64,000 nucleotides of DNA from Candidatus Micrarchaeota archaeon. GTDB taxonomy: Archaea; Micrarchaeota; Micrarchaeia; Anstonellales; Anstonellaceae. The position numbers were made by a program, and so were the translations under genes. The stretch is from contig JAKAJC010000004.1 in assembly GCA_021814005.1 (NCBI GenBank), positions 230-64,229 on the forward strand, written 5' to 3'. Below are positions 43,667 through 53,868 of the stretch, in pieces (the first letter of the stretch is position 1; the number at the start of each line of letters is the position of its first letter). The notes below the pieces were generated by a model. It searched no databases. It was not told the DNA's origin and saw nothing but the letters and a program-made list of their open reading frames with translations.

Positions 43667-45046
43667 GTGTACTCCAACCAGATAGAGCCGGTCCTCAAGT
43701 CGGCAGGAATCAAAATCGGTGAGCGCCTCCGCTATGAGCGCGAGGGCTGGTCAATCGAGGGACTTCTCATGCCGCGCCCCGATGTCGGCGACCCGGACTG
43801 CATTGTGCTCAAGCTGTCGTCAGGCTACAACATCGGCCTCTGCATGGAGGGCGCGAAAATAGAGAAAATCAAAGGCGAGGCGGTCAGCATTGCAGGCAGG
43901 GGCGGCTCAAAAGAGAGTGTTTCGGCACCCGCCCAATCCTCCCCATCACCTCATCGCCCCCATATTTTCCTTCTTTCAACCGGCGGCACCATCACATCCA
44001 AAGTCGACTATGTCACCGGCGCTGTTCATCCTGTCATGGATGCCGAGCAGCTGCTCTCCACCTACCCCCGCCTTGCACCCTTGGGCCCTTTCAAATCTGT
44101 TTCACTCATGCGCATCCTGTCCGAGGACATGCACCCGTTGCGCTGGACCACTCTGGCGCGCGGTGTTGCGGACGCGCTTCGCGATGGCTCGGAAGGCATT
44201 GTGATAACCCATGGCACAGACACCATGGGCTATTCTGCAGCCGCCCTCTCATTCGCCCTCCAAAATCTGCCAGTTCCTGTGCTGCTCACAGGCGCGCAGC
44301 GCTCGCCCGACCGAGGCTCGTCAGATGCGGGCGACAATTTATTCTGCGCAGCAGCCGCGGCCCGCGCCAATTTTGCCGGAGTGGGTTTGTGCATGCCCAC
44401 CGAACCTGCCGGCGGCCGCTGCAATCTTCATCTCGGCACGCGCGTGCGCAAATGCCACACATCAGCCCGCTGGGCTTTCCGCTCAATCGGCGCGCAGCCG
44501 TTCGGCACAGTGGATATGCGCACAGGCGATGTGCGCCTCGAGCCGAATTCACCCGTCGCGGCCCGCGACCATTCGCGCAGTCTTCACATGAGTGAGAAAT
44601 TCTCGGAAAATGTTCATCTTGCATGGGTGTATCCCGGCCTCACGCCCAAAACAGTTTCCTCGTGGGCTGATTATGATGGCGTGGTGCTGGCAGCCACCGG
44701 CCTTGGCAACGCTCCTGTTTCTGCAGACGAGCCAAACTCGCCCCGCTCCGTGCTTCCCGCCATTCGCGAGCTTGTAGAGTCCGGAGTTATAGTTGCCATT
44801 GCCCCGCAAACACTGGAGGGGCGCATCAACATGGATGTTTATTCGGCCGGCCGCCTGCTGCACGAGGCCGGTGTAATCGGACAGGGGGCCGACTGGCTGC
44901 CCGAAACAGCCTATGCCAAATTGTGCTGGGCTCTGGGGCAGGGCCATGATGCAGCACTTGTGAAAAAACTTATGATGACTCCAATCGCAGGCGACATCAC
45001 CCCGCGCTCGGGCGCGCCTGATGGCCTCGGGCAGCAGACAATCTGA
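43667..45046 (+). CDS. gatD: Glutamyl-tRNA(Gln) amidotransferase subunit D
   Basis: N-terminal AD1-like domain then an asparaginase-like domain (LSTGGTITSKVDYVTGAV, ITHGTDTM). GTG start. Directly upstream of gatE. Confidence 0.88.
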   Translation: MYSNQIEPVLKSAGIKIGERLRYEREGWSIEGLLMPRPDVGDPDCIVLKLSSGYNIGLCMEGAKIEKIKGEAVSIAGRGGSKESVSAPAQSSPSPHRPHIFLLSTGGTITSKVDYVTGAVHPVMDAEQLLSTYPRLAPLGPFKSVSLMRILSEDMHPLRWTTLARGVADALRDGSEGIVITHGTDTMGYSAAALSFALQNLPVPVLLTGAQRSPDRGSSDAGDNLFCAAAAARANFAGVGLCMPTEPAGGRCNLHLGTRVRKCHTSARWAFRSIGAQPFGTVDMRTGDVRLEPNSPVAARDHSRSLHMSEKFSENVHLAWVYPGLTPKTVSSWADYDGVVLAATGLGNAPVSADEPNSPRSVLPAIRELVESGVIVAIAPQTLEGRINMDVYSAGRLLHEAGVIGQGADWLPETAYAKLCWALGQGHDAALVKKLMMTPIAGDITPRSGAPDGLGQQTI

Positions 45047-45063
45047 TTTTTTGGGTTTTGTTT

Positions 45064-46905
45064 ATGGAAGAACTCACCTGCGGACTGGAAATTCACCAGC
45101 GCCTGGCGGGGCGCAAACTGTTCTGCTCCTGCCCCTGCCCCTCTCCTGACGAGGCGGTGCCAGCAGACGCTCCCCATCTTGTCCGCCGCATGTCACTGGC
45201 TGTGGGCGAATTGGGCGGAGTGGACAAGGCGGCAGCATTTGCAGTGGCCCAAGGCCGTGAAATTGACTACACCCTTCCTCCGGCATTCACCTGCCTTGTT
45301 GATGCAGACGAGGAGCCGCCCCACGAAATCAACCCCCAGAGCCTTGCCGCCGTTCTTACTCTTGCGCGCGCCTGCGGCTCAAACATTTCAGGCGAAGTGC
45401 AGGTGATGCGCAAAACAATTTTGGACGGCTCGGCAGTCACCGGCTTTCAGCGCACCTCACTGGTCGCCCTCGGCGGCAGCATCCCCTCTCCTAAGGGCGG
45501 CAAGCCGATTGCATTGCAAACCATTTGCATTGAAGAGGAAAGCGCAGGCATTCTGCCACCAATCGCGGGGCGCACATCTTTCCGCCTCGACCGCCTCGGC
45601 ATTCCGCTCATTGAAATCGCAACCGACCCGGTCTTTCATTCCGCGCAAGAGGCATTGGAGGGCGCAGAAGCAATCGGCCTCTTTTTGCGCATGCTGCCCC
45701 AAGTGATGCGAGGCTTGGGCACCATCCGCCAAGACGTCAACATTTCAATTCCGCACGGCGCGCGCGTGGAAATCAAGGGCATGCAGGAATTGCGCATGCT
45801 GCCTGTTCTTATTGAAAATGAAGTGACAAGACAAAAGGCACTCTTGGAAATAATCTCGGAATTGAAGAAGAGGGGCATCGGATTTGGCGTGAGCGAAAAA
45901 GAGAAAAAAGAAAAAAATGCCGAACACTTGTGGCTCGACGTCACACCCATCTTCGCGCATTCCACCTGCAAGGTGGTGAGCCGCGCTCTTGCTTCTGGCG
46001 GAGTTGTTCTTGCTGCGCGCCTGGCAGGTTATGCCGGCCTTTTGGGCCGCGCAACAGGCCCCAACAAACGTTTTGGCACCGAATTGTCTGATTACGCGAA
46101 AATGGCCGGCGGCGTGCACGGGCTTATTCATTCTGACGAAGACATGCAGAAATATGGGTTTGCGCCCGAAGAGCTGGCAAACCTTCACAAGGCCCTTCAC
46201 CTCGAAAAAGAGGATGCGTTCATTCTCATCGCAGATGCGCGCCAAAAGGCCGAGCCAGCCATTGTCGCAGCCATATCGCGCGCGGGCCGCCTTGAAATTC
46301 CGGGCGAAACGCGCAGGGCGAACGAGGACGGCACCTCATCTTTCATGCGCCCTCTTGCAGGCGCGCACCGCATGTATCCCGAAACGGACGTGCGGCCCAT
46401 TCGCATTACTGAAGAAATGCTGGCAAACCTGCCAAAGCTGGAAACTCCCGCCGCCCGCCGCTCGCGTCTGGTTTCCATCCTCGGTCCAGAGCTTGGCGAG
46501 CAGATGATGGGTTCATCCAATTTCGCAGACTTTGAAAAATTGACTGCCGGCGGAAATGTTGATGCAAAGCTTGCCGCAGTAACATTGGAGCAGACAATTG
46601 TTTCGCTGCGAAGAGAAGGCGTTGCGGTGGAAAAAATTTCTCTCGATTCAATCTCTCAATTGCTCGAAATGGCCACTTTAGGCCAAATAACAAAGGCAGT
46701 AATTCCCGAAGTGCTCAAAGAACTGGCAAAAACTACTGGCGCCAAACCCGAAGCAGTCATCGCATCGCACAGCTGGAACCGCCTGTCCGGCCCAGCGCTC
46801 GCGCAGGCATGGGCAGCATCCGGGGGCGACATGCGCGCCTTCATGGCCAAAAACCGCCTTGTTGTCGACGGCTCGGACGTAGCGGCGCTTATGAAAAAGA
46901 AATAG
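45064..46905 (+). CDS. gatE: Glutamyl-tRNA(Gln) amidotransferase subunit E
   Basis: MEELTCGLEIHQRL..KLFCSC N-terminus is typical of GatE/GatB, and the size (~613 aa) fits GatE. Confidence 0.88.
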   Translation: MEELTCGLEIHQRLAGRKLFCSCPCPSPDEAVPADAPHLVRRMSLAVGELGGVDKAAAFAVAQGREIDYTLPPAFTCLVDADEEPPHEINPQSLAAVLTLARACGSNISGEVQVMRKTILDGSAVTGFQRTSLVALGGSIPSPKGGKPIALQTICIEEESAGILPPIAGRTSFRLDRLGIPLIEIATDPVFHSAQEALEGAEAIGLFLRMLPQVMRGLGTIRQDVNISIPHGARVEIKGMQELRMLPVLIENEVTRQKALLEIISELKKRGIGFGVSEKEKKEKNAEHLWLDVTPIFAHSTCKVVSRALASGGVVLAARLAGYAGLLGRATGPNKRFGTELSDYAKMAGGVHGLIHSDEDMQKYGFAPEELANLHKALHLEKEDAFILIADARQKAEPAIVAAISRAGRLEIPGETRRANEDGTSSFMRPLAGAHRMYPETDVRPIRITEEMLANLPKLETPAARRSRLVSILGPELGEQMMGSSNFADFEKLTAGGNVDAKLAAVTLEQTIVSLRREGVAVEKISLDSISQLLEMATLGQITKAVIPEVLKELAKTTGAKPEAVIASHSWNRLSGPALAQAWAASGGDMRAFMAKNRLVVDGSDVAALMKKK

Positions 46906-46991
46906 ACGCTTTTTGAAATCCGACTTCCCGCCATTTTGTCAAAACCTCTTTTATCGGAACCTTTTTCTTCTTCGCCGCCCGAATTCATTTC

Positions 46992-48506
46992 GTGCCAGAA
47001 GAGCTGCTTTCCCCCGTTTCCTTGGCCGGCGCCGCCCAATTCAAGCTTGGGCTTGAGCATTTCCCGCACACCTCTCTCGACCCGCAAGTGAGCGCCAAGC
47101 TTTCCGAGCTATTGCCTCTCGTGCACGGAAAAGACGCCCAGTATCAGCAATACTTCCAGCGCCAGATGGAGCGTTACCTGAATTCAACAAATTCGGCTCC
47201 GGTCTCTGAGCAGCTTCGCGCGCTTTCGGAAATCCAGCAGATATGCGCGAAGCAGCCCTCTCTGGAACTCGGGGCTGTTCTCGCGCTCTATCAGGCGGTG
47301 TCCGGCGCCCCGGCAGGACCGTCTCTCGGCCCAGAGCAGAAGGCCGAAAAGATTTTGCAGATGCAGGCGGTCCTCGGCCAAAATTACGGCATCAACGGCG
47401 CCCGCTGGTGCTCCATTCCGCCCGAATACCTCGCTTCCACCTACGAGAATCATTTCAAGCCAGACAAGAAGGGGCTCACACTGGTGATAGTCTCCCCCGA
47501 GGCGGGCGACATCCAATCAACCGACATGGTCGGCATGGGCCTTTTCGGCATCCTGCGCCCGTCACTGGCCGCATCTGATGTCATAGTGTGCGTGGCGCAT
47601 GACGACTCGGAAGTCGGCCGCCGCGTGCTGGGCCGCGGGACGCTCACCGAGGTTCCCGACGCGCAGAAAGCGGGGGCATATTCGGACGCCTTCGTAGTCT
47701 CGCATGCGCGGGCGGAAGGCCTGCTCATCGGCCAGCTGCCCGACTCATATTCCCCCGAGCAGTTCGGCTCGGCATATTCCTCCATCGACAGCAAGGTGTT
47801 CGACCCGGGCGATTACACAAAATTCCCGGCAACCCGTGCGCGTGCGTGGTCCGGCATGTTCAGCCCGGACGCCGGCATCTATCTCATCGCCTGCTCGGCC
47901 GGAGGCATTGCGAACACCCCGATTCCGCACATCGAGTCATTCGGCAACGTTGCGCGCTTTCTCGCCGCCCTCTCAGACCGGCCGGTTCATGCCTCCGCCA
48001 TTCCAATGGACGCCACCACAAAAGTGACGCGCCGGCCCGACGGCCACTATGCAATGTCCTTTGTCAAGGACGGCATCGAACGCGTCGCGGTCTTCACGGC
48101 GCCCCATCTCGAAGCATTCCCTATCAAAAACGAAATGCTTATGGCGGACAACAGCCAGACAAAAACCGGCCCGTTCATTGGCATCGAGCAGGAATATTCG
48201 AAGATAAAGTCGGCCATCTCAGACCTGCTGGCATATCGGAACTTCGGCCTTCACGTGTCAAAGAACGGCATCGCCCGGGCATATGCGTCTTCCCGAACGC
48301 GGGAAATCCGCTTATGCGACCCGCAGGGGGCCGTCCTCTCGTCAGAAACTGTCAAGTCCGAAGGCGGCATCCTCGCCGTGCCGGCTGGCCTGCCGGACGG
48401 CGTCTATCGGCTGGTGTTCGAGCCGAAGAATCCATCCGCCAAAACACCCACTCTGGATTTCGCAATAATCGACGGCAAATTCTATGCGGGAGGCAAGAGG
48501 AAATAG
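46992..48506 (+). CDS. Hypothetical protein (504 aa)
   Basis: Long clean ORF with a GTG start. No TM or family recognised. Confidence 0.65.
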   Translation: MPEELLSPVSLAGAAQFKLGLEHFPHTSLDPQVSAKLSELLPLVHGKDAQYQQYFQRQMERYLNSTNSAPVSEQLRALSEIQQICAKQPSLELGAVLALYQAVSGAPAGPSLGPEQKAEKILQMQAVLGQNYGINGARWCSIPPEYLASTYENHFKPDKKGLTLVIVSPEAGDIQSTDMVGMGLFGILRPSLAASDVIVCVAHDDSEVGRRVLGRGTLTEVPDAQKAGAYSDAFVVSHARAEGLLIGQLPDSYSPEQFGSAYSSIDSKVFDPGDYTKFPATRARAWSGMFSPDAGIYLIACSAGGIANTPIPHIESFGNVARFLAALSDRPVHASAIPMDATTKVTRRPDGHYAMSFVKDGIERVAVFTAPHLEAFPIKNEMLMADNSQTKTGPFIGIEQEYSKIKSAISDLLAYRNFGLHVSKNGIARAYASSRTREIRLCDPQGAVLSSETVKSEGGILAVPAGLPDGVYRLVFEPKNPSAKTPTLDFAIIDGKFYAGGKRK

Positions 48507-48567
48507 CTGGCAGCGGAAAGCAGCCCCCTCCAAAATCAGTTAAGGCCCGCCCGCCCTCTTTCTCCCT

Positions 48568-48792
48568 ATGGTTCTTTTGCTCAAGCACCACGCGCTTCTC
48601 TGCCCCTCCTGCGGGCAGGTGCAGTCCAGTTCAGCCAAAACGCGGGCGAAATGCCTCTCATGCAACCATTCATGGGCTCTTTCGCAAAAAGGCATGTCTA
48701 TCGGCGTGCTGGGCTCCTATTGGCGGCCGGCAGAAGCCGGCGCGCATGTAAAAATGGCAAAAGAAGCAAGAGCCGGCGCGCAGTGCGGATAA
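48568..48792 (+). CDS. Small putative zinc-ribbon protein (74 aa)
   Basis: CPSCG...CLSC pattern. No clear SD or TATA, so coding status is uncertain. Confidence 0.35.
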   Translation: MVLLLKHHALLCPSCGQVQSSSAKTRAKCLSCNHSWALSQKGMSIGVLGSYWRPAEAGAHVKMAKEARAGAQCG

Positions 48793-48828
48793 TTGGTCGG
48801 GAGCGTGCCGAGGCGCACGGCTGATTAA

Positions 48829-49650
48829 TTATTCTTTTCTGCTCGGCTGCAAATAGTTCTGGTCTTCAAGATGCTTTTTCTTTCCATGCCACAAAATGTC
48901 AAGCCGCTGCCTTGAATATTCCAGATAGTGCCTGTCTTCGGAATGCACTTCCAAAGTGATTGTGCCGTCGTATTTCTCCTTTAGCGCGGCAACTGTTTTC
49001 TCCACATCAATCTTGCCGGCGCCAAGAGGCAGATGGTCATCGGTCTGCCCCATGTTGTCGTGCAGATGCACGTGCCTTATGCGGGGGGCGAAATGCTTGA
49101 GATAGGTTTCCAGCCCCTCGCCTTTTGCCGTGTTGGCATGGCCGACGTCAAACGTCATGCCCATGTCAACTTCGGAAAAGAGGCGGGTGAATTCGCGCAC
49201 TGAAAATGACTTGGAATCCAGATTCTCAATCAGCAGGTCAAGCCCCATGTTCATTGCTTCCTTGTGCAAAGTCTTGAGGCTGCGAATGGTTCCGTCCACG
49301 TGTGACTCGCGGCTCTGAATCGAGGGCGAAAGCGTCTCGGTGTGAAGCGTGATTTTCTTTGCGCCCAAAAGCGCGGCAATGCGGAAAGCGGAAATGAATT
49401 CTGTGTGGGTGGCCTTCTCAATGCGCTCGTAGGGGTTGGCAAGCGAAAAATACCACGGCAAATGCGTGACAATCCCCAAATTGTAGGTGGAAAGCGCGTC
49501 CAGTATGTCTTTCTTGTTTTTCTCGATAAATTCGGGCCGCGCATGCGGATGTTCAATCGTTATCTCGGCATAATCAAAATTCATTTCGCCGAAAAGCATG
49601 AGCTCCTCGATAAGCTTCTTGTGTGGGTTGTTCATTGCGCCGATAATCAT
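48829..49650 (-). CDS. Xylose isomerase-like TIM-barrel protein (sugar phosphate isomerase/epimerase family)
   Basis: The ITLHTE, LLIENL, FDVGHAN and HVHLHDN strand-end motifs are typical of this fold. Start moved to ATG 49650, with CTTTTTATCC (minus strand) 23-31 nt upstream. Confidence 0.7.
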   Translation of the reverse strand: MIIGAMNNPHKKLIEELMLFGEMNFDYAEITIEHPHARPEFIEKNKKDILDALSTYNLGIVTHLPWYFSLANPYERIEKATHTEFISAFRIAALLGAKKITLHTETLSPSIQSRESHVDGTIRSLKTLHKEAMNMGLDLLIENLDSKSFSVREFTRLFSEVDMGMTFDVGHANTAKGEGLETYLKHFAPRIRHVHLHDNMGQTDDHLPLGAGKIDVEKTVAALKEKYDGTITLEVHSEDRHYLEYSRQRLDILWHGKKKHLEDQNYLQPSRKE

Positions 49651-49870
49651 GAACAGAGTTGGCCTACAAGAGGATAAAAAGAAGACGGGTAAGGGGGGCG
49701 GGCGGCTCTTCTTTTCCAAACCCGCCCGTTTCTTGGCCGCCTTATTCGCCATATTTAAATAGTTGTTTAGAAATGTAAAAACGTGAAGCGCATCCCCTAT
49801 ACTTTAAATACACTCATTCTCAATTATCCACTTACTTTCGTTCTAATCCATTGAACATATAGGTGACTTG

Positions 49871-50266
49871 ATGTCTGGCGAGAAACTGTTCTCAGAAGCC
49901 AAAGAGCTCAAAGAAGGAAAATACATCCTTATCGACGACATACCCTGCCGCGTGGTGGGCATCGACACGTCGAAACCCGGCAAGCACGGCGCAGCCAAGA
50001 TGCGCGTGACGGCCATCGGCGTGTTCGACGGCCAGAAGAAGCAGTGGCTGGGCCCGTCCGACCAGGATGTCGAGGTTCCGGTCATCGACCGCGGCAACGC
50101 GCAAATCGTGTCGCTCAACGGCAAGGTCGCGCAGCTGATGGACACCGTCACATTCGAAACATTCGAGCTTGAAGTGCCCGAAGAAATGCTGAAGGATGCG
50201 GCGCCCGGCAAGGAAGTCGAGCTGCTGTCCGCAATGGGCCGCCGCGCGATTCAGCGCATCCGCTAA
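49871..50266 (+). CDS. eif5a: Translation initiation factor 5A (aIF5A)
   Basis: GKYILIDDIPCRVV...TSKPGKHGAAK contains the hypusine-site motif. An AGGTGA SD lies 5 nt upstream of the ATG. Confidence 0.92.
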   Translation: MSGEKLFSEAKELKEGKYILIDDIPCRVVGIDTSKPGKHGAAKMRVTAIGVFDGQKKQWLGPSDQDVEVPVIDRGNAQIVSLNGKVAQLMDTVTFETFELEVPEEMLKDAAPGKEVELLSAMGRRAIQRIR

Positions 50267-50303
50267 ACAAAAAATCTGTTCCGTTCTTTAGGAGGTAATA
50301 TTT

Positions 50304-50633
50304 GTGAACATCTCAATTGATTCCAAAAACACCAACGCGCTCTTAGGCCGCACCGACGTGAAGTTCTCCATCGAGTTCGAGGGCGGCGTTCCGTCGCGAA
50401 AAGCAGTGCGCGAGGCGCTCGCAGCCGCGCTCTCGGTTCCGGCTGAGCGCATAGTCGTGGTTCGCCTGGACAGCTCGTTCGGCGTGCACACCTTGAGAGG
50501 CATTTCCCACCTTTATCAGACTCCCGAGGCCGCGCTCAAAAACGAGAAAAAGCACCTTCTCATCCGCGACGGCCTTGCTGTCAAGGAAGAGAAAAAGAAA
50601 GAGGAGAAAAAGGCCGCTCCGGCCAAGAAGTAG
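50304..50633 (+). CDS. rps24e: 30S ribosomal protein S24e
   Basis: NALLGRTDVKFSIEFEGGVPSRKAVREALA is S24e-like. GTG start 7 nt after GGAGGT. Upstream of S27ae, as is typical. Confidence 0.88.
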   Translation: MNISIDSKNTNALLGRTDVKFSIEFEGGVPSRKAVREALAAALSVPAERIVVVRLDSSFGVHTLRGISHLYQTPEAALKNEKKHLLIRDGLAVKEEKKKEEKKAAPAKK

Positions 50634-50664
50634 GTAAAAACCAAATTATTTTGATGTGATTTTC

Positions 50665-50817
50665 ATGGCAGACGAAAAGAAAGCACCCGCAAAAAAGAAA
50701 TCGTTCAAGCCCTACAAGGCCGGCAAGTCCTGCCCCAAGTGCGGCTCAGGCATCCGCCTCGCCGACCACAAGGACCGCCGCTCCTGCGGCAAGTGCGGCT
50801 ACTTCGAGAAAAAATAA
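50665..50817 (+). CDS. rps27ae: 30S ribosomal protein S27ae (eS31), 50 aa
   Basis: Not in the ORF track. My translation is [50 protein letters not shown], with a CxxC...CxxC ribbon. Confidence 0.85.
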   Translation: MADEKKAPAKKKSFKPYKAGKSCPKCGSGIRLADHKDRRSCGKCGYFEKK

Positions 50818-50889
50818 ATTAAAAAGAAATAAAATAAAAAGAAAAATAAAATAAAAATACTTTTTGTCTTTTTTCGTTCTCTATTTTTT

Positions 50890-51153
50890 CTACGCCTTGT
50901 TATACGCCCAGGCGAAGACATAGGCAGCCGCGGCTCCGGCAACCGCGCCCCAGAGCAGGCCCGACACCCATGCCAGCGGGGTGAAGCCGTAGCCATAATA
51001 GCGGCCCATCATCCCATATCCCCAGCCGCCCATCATGGCGCCAAAGCCCATCAGGCCCATGCATATTGCGCCAATCAGCGCGCCGGCAAGCGCCATCTTG
51101 CGCTCATCAAGGCGCATTGCCGTCTTTGCGGGCATGTTTTGTTTTTTAGCCAT
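50890..51153 (-). CDS. Small Gly/Met/Tyr-rich membrane protein (87 aa)
   Basis: Two hydrophobic helices flank GGWGYGMMGRYYGYG. Downstream of kae1 on the same strand. Confidence 0.5.
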   Translation of the reverse strand: MAKKQNMPAKTAMRLDERKMALAGALIGAICMGLMGFGAMMGGWGYGMMGRYYGYGFTPLAWVSGLLWGAVAGAAAAYVFAWAYNKA

Positions 51154-51174
51154 TTTCTCACCCCTCTTTCCATC

Positions 51175-52173
51175 TCAAACAATCTGGTCTATTCTCCATT
51201 TCTGTTCATACCACATTTTTTCCGGCAGAATAGCGGCCTCTTTGCCTTTGCGCTCCATTTCGCGCGCGCCTAAAAGCGCAATCATGCCGCCGTTGTCTGC
51301 ATTATACTGGTTTTCACACGTCGAGCATTTTGCATTGTGCAAACCAGCCATTGCCTTCATCTTGTCCATAAGCACGGTGTTCTGCGCCACGCCGCCGCAG
51401 ACAACAACCTCTTCCTTGTTTGTCATCAACAGCGCCCTCTCGCTCGCCTCACACAATTCCGCGAAAGCGGTTTCCATCAATGAATAGCACAAGTCATTTG
51501 CCTCGATTTTTCCAACTCTTTTCGAGGCATAAGTCAAGAGGCCAGAAAAGGCGAAATTCATCCCCTTCACGGTGTAGGGCAGCTCATGATAATTTTTGCC
51601 CACCATCGCCATTTTTGCCACAACCGAGCCGTGGGCAAATTCCAAGCCCAGCTCGCGGGCAAACGCGTCAAACAAATTTCCGATGCCTATGTCCAGAGTT
51701 TCGCCAAGAACAGTAAATGGCGGGCCGTAAATTTTGCCTTTTTTCGTGCCTGTCAATATTTGTGTGTTCCCGCCGCTGACATAAAGCACGAGCGGGTCAT
51801 CAAATCCAGACTGCCAGCGCGCGGCCTCAATGTGCGCAGGCCCGTGATGCACTGGGATAAGCGGCTTGTGGTGCAGTCCTGCCAAAAAGGCGGCCGAACT
51901 CGCTCCAATCTGCAGGCAGGGGCCCAAGCCCGGACCTGCTGCATAAGAAATCGCATCAATGTCTTGCCAGCTGCTTTTGCTTTGCTCAAGCGCCTGTCTG
52001 ATTATTTCCTGCGCATGCTCCCGATGATGCTCTGCCGCCACAATAGGAACAATGCCCTGCCCTGCAGGCGATTTGTAAAATGCCTTCGGGTTTGCGAGCA
52101 TGGCGTCTGCTGTCGAATCAAATACGCCAACCCCGAATGTGTGGGCAGTGGATTCTATTCCAAGCACTCGCAT
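51175..52173 (-). CDS. kae1: tRNA N6-adenosine threonylcarbamoyltransferase Kae1
   Basis: MRVLGIESTAHTFGVGV, HHGPAHIE and VVCGGVAQN motifs of the Kae1/TsaD family. ATG 52173 is preferred over TTG 52179. Confidence 0.9.
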   Translation of the reverse strand: MRVLGIESTAHTFGVGVFDSTADAMLANPKAFYKSPAGQGIVPIVAAEHHREHAQEIIRQALEQSKSSWQDIDAISYAAGPGLGPCLQIGASSAAFLAGLHHKPLIPVHHGPAHIEAARWQSGFDDPLVLYVSGGNTQILTGTKKGKIYGPPFTVLGETLDIGIGNLFDAFARELGLEFAHGSVVAKMAMVGKNYHELPYTVKGMNFAFSGLLTYASKRVGKIEANDLCYSLMETAFAELCEASERALLMTNKEEVVVCGGVAQNTVLMDKMKAMAGLHNAKCSTCENQYNADNGGMIALLGAREMERKGKEAAILPEKMWYEQKWRIDQIV

Positions 52174-52203
52174 AATCAATTTTGGCCAAAGGGGGCTTAT
52201 TAA

Positions 52204-52740
52204 TCAATTCGCAAACGAGCCGAGGCAGCCGCCCTGCGAGATAGTGTTGTTTATTTTGCCGCATGCCGTCCGGCAGGCGTCCTTGTCCAAAACAAGGATA
52301 TTTTCATTGCACGTCTTGACGCACTCCTGTCCGAACTTGTCTCCCAAATCGGGCGCAGCGCCGATTATGCGCCGCTCTCCGACAAGAGAAGCGTAAATCA
52401 CAATATTTTGCTCATCTAAAGGCAGGCCGTAGCGTATGGTGGAGTTGGCAAAATAGGCCCACCCCTCGCGCCTCACCGAGCGCACCGCTATTTCGGTTTT
52501 GTTTATGCCGCGAATAAGATAAGATGAAATCAGTTTCGCATATGTATCTGACTGGTTCGGGGCGTCATATGGCGCGAGCCGGTCAATGAGGCAGTTTTTT
52601 GTTTTGTTGAATTCGCCTTTCACTCCCGCGCGCAGCGCATCTTCACTAAAGGCAGTGTACATCAAAACTTCGGCAACAAGAAAAACTAAGACTAGAATTA
52701 TGGTCAAAACAACAAGCCAGCGGGGGATATGTTCAAGCAT
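52204..52740 (-). CDS. Hypothetical N-terminally anchored protein (178 aa) with a Cys-containing ectodomain
   Basis: N-terminal TM WLVVLTIILVLVFLVAEVLMY and C-terminal Cys residues. No family recognised. Confidence 0.6.
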   Translation of the reverse strand: MLEHIPRWLVVLTIILVLVFLVAEVLMYTAFSEDALRAGVKGEFNKTKNCLIDRLAPYDAPNQSDTYAKLISSYLIRGINKTEIAVRSVRREGWAYFANSTIRYGLPLDEQNIVIYASLVGERRIIGAAPDLGDKFGQECVKTCNENILVLDKDACRTACGKINNTISQGGCLGSFAN

Positions 52741-52757
52741 GCCGTCCCCCCGCGTCT

Positions 52758-53777
52758 TTACATCAAATTGATTTTTTTGCCGGCCTGCACAAGCGTCACG
52801 CCCTCCTCTTTGACCACGCGGCCGATTTGCCGGCTTTCCATTCCGCTCTTTTTCACGATTTTCATCACGCTTTCCGCCGCCGCCGGCTCGCAGGCAATCA
52901 CCATGCCGATGCCCATGTTGAATGTGCGGTAAGCTTCGCGCGCGTCTCCCATCTTTTTGTAAAGCTCTGCCATTACCCCCTGCGGCTTTGGCATATTGTC
53001 AAGCTCAAAACCGACAGAGGCGTGCGCGCCTATTCTTGCAAGCTTGGAAAACGCCCCGCCGGTTATGTGGGCAATGCCGTGAACAGAAGACGGGTGCGCC
53101 TTGAGCATTTCCAGCACCGGCTTGACATAAAGCGCGGTCGGCTCAAGCATCTCCTCGCCCCACTCGTCTGTTGAGAGAAGCTTTCGCGCGAGCGTGTATC
53201 CGTTTGAATGCAAACCCGAAGAGGCAAGGCCGACAAGCGCGTCCCCAGCCTTCATCTTCGCGCCAGTAATCGGCTCGCCGTTCAGCGTGCCGACAACAGT
53301 CATAGCCAAATCATAATCTGCGCGGGCCGGATTTTTCTTCACGTCCCCCTTTATCATGTCGGGCAATATTGCCGTCTCGCCGCCGATGAGCGCCACTCCG
53401 CTCTCGCGGCAGCCGGCCACGAGCCCGCGCATCACCTGCTCCACAAGAGCGTCGTCCAGCTTTGAGAGGGCCAGATAATCCACGCCCACAATTGGCGTCG
53501 AGCCCACGCAAACAATGTCGTTGGCGTTCATTGCCAGCGCGTCAATTCCAATCGTGTCATGCTTGTCAAGCGCCTGCGCAACAAGGATTTTCGAGCCCAC
53601 GCCGTCGCAGTGCATTGTCATCTTCTGCCCGCCCGCCTCAAACACTCCGGCATAATGGCCTGCCAGAAAGTGCGGGGTGTGCTTGTTGGATGTGGAGCCG
53701 ATGAGGGCGTTTATGCGCGCCTGAACCGCCTTGACCGCCCGAACATCCACTCCGCTGTCCGCATAAGTAGCTTTCAT
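52758..53777 (-). CDS. purM: Phosphoribosylformylglycinamidine cyclo-ligase (AIR synthase)
   Basis: MKATYADSGVDV, DGVGSK and TGGAF motifs typical of PurM. ATG 53777 is preferred over GTG 53786. Confidence 0.9.
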   Translation of the reverse strand: MKATYADSGVDVRAVKAVQARINALIGSTSNKHTPHFLAGHYAGVFEAGGQKMTMHCDGVGSKILVAQALDKHDTIGIDALAMNANDIVCVGSTPIVGVDYLALSKLDDALVEQVMRGLVAGCRESGVALIGGETAILPDMIKGDVKKNPARADYDLAMTVVGTLNGEPITGAKMKAGDALVGLASSGLHSNGYTLARKLLSTDEWGEEMLEPTALYVKPVLEMLKAHPSSVHGIAHITGGAFSKLARIGAHASVGFELDNMPKPQGVMAELYKKMGDAREAYRTFNMGIGMVIACEPAAAESVMKIVKKSGMESRQIGRVVKEEGVTLVQAGKKINLM

Positions 53778-53868
53778 GCATCTCACATGTAAGCAATCTT
53801 TAAAAACTCTAGACGGATGTGCTCTCTATCAGGACCTTTTACCTTAGGTTAGGTCTTGGGGTGAATCA

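Noticed and set aside
47846-48751. 301-aa ORF out of frame with the 504-aa hypothetical gene
   Set aside because: It is an alternative-frame artefact with an Arg/Pro/Gly/His-rich translation. The 46992..48506 frame has normal amino-acid composition.
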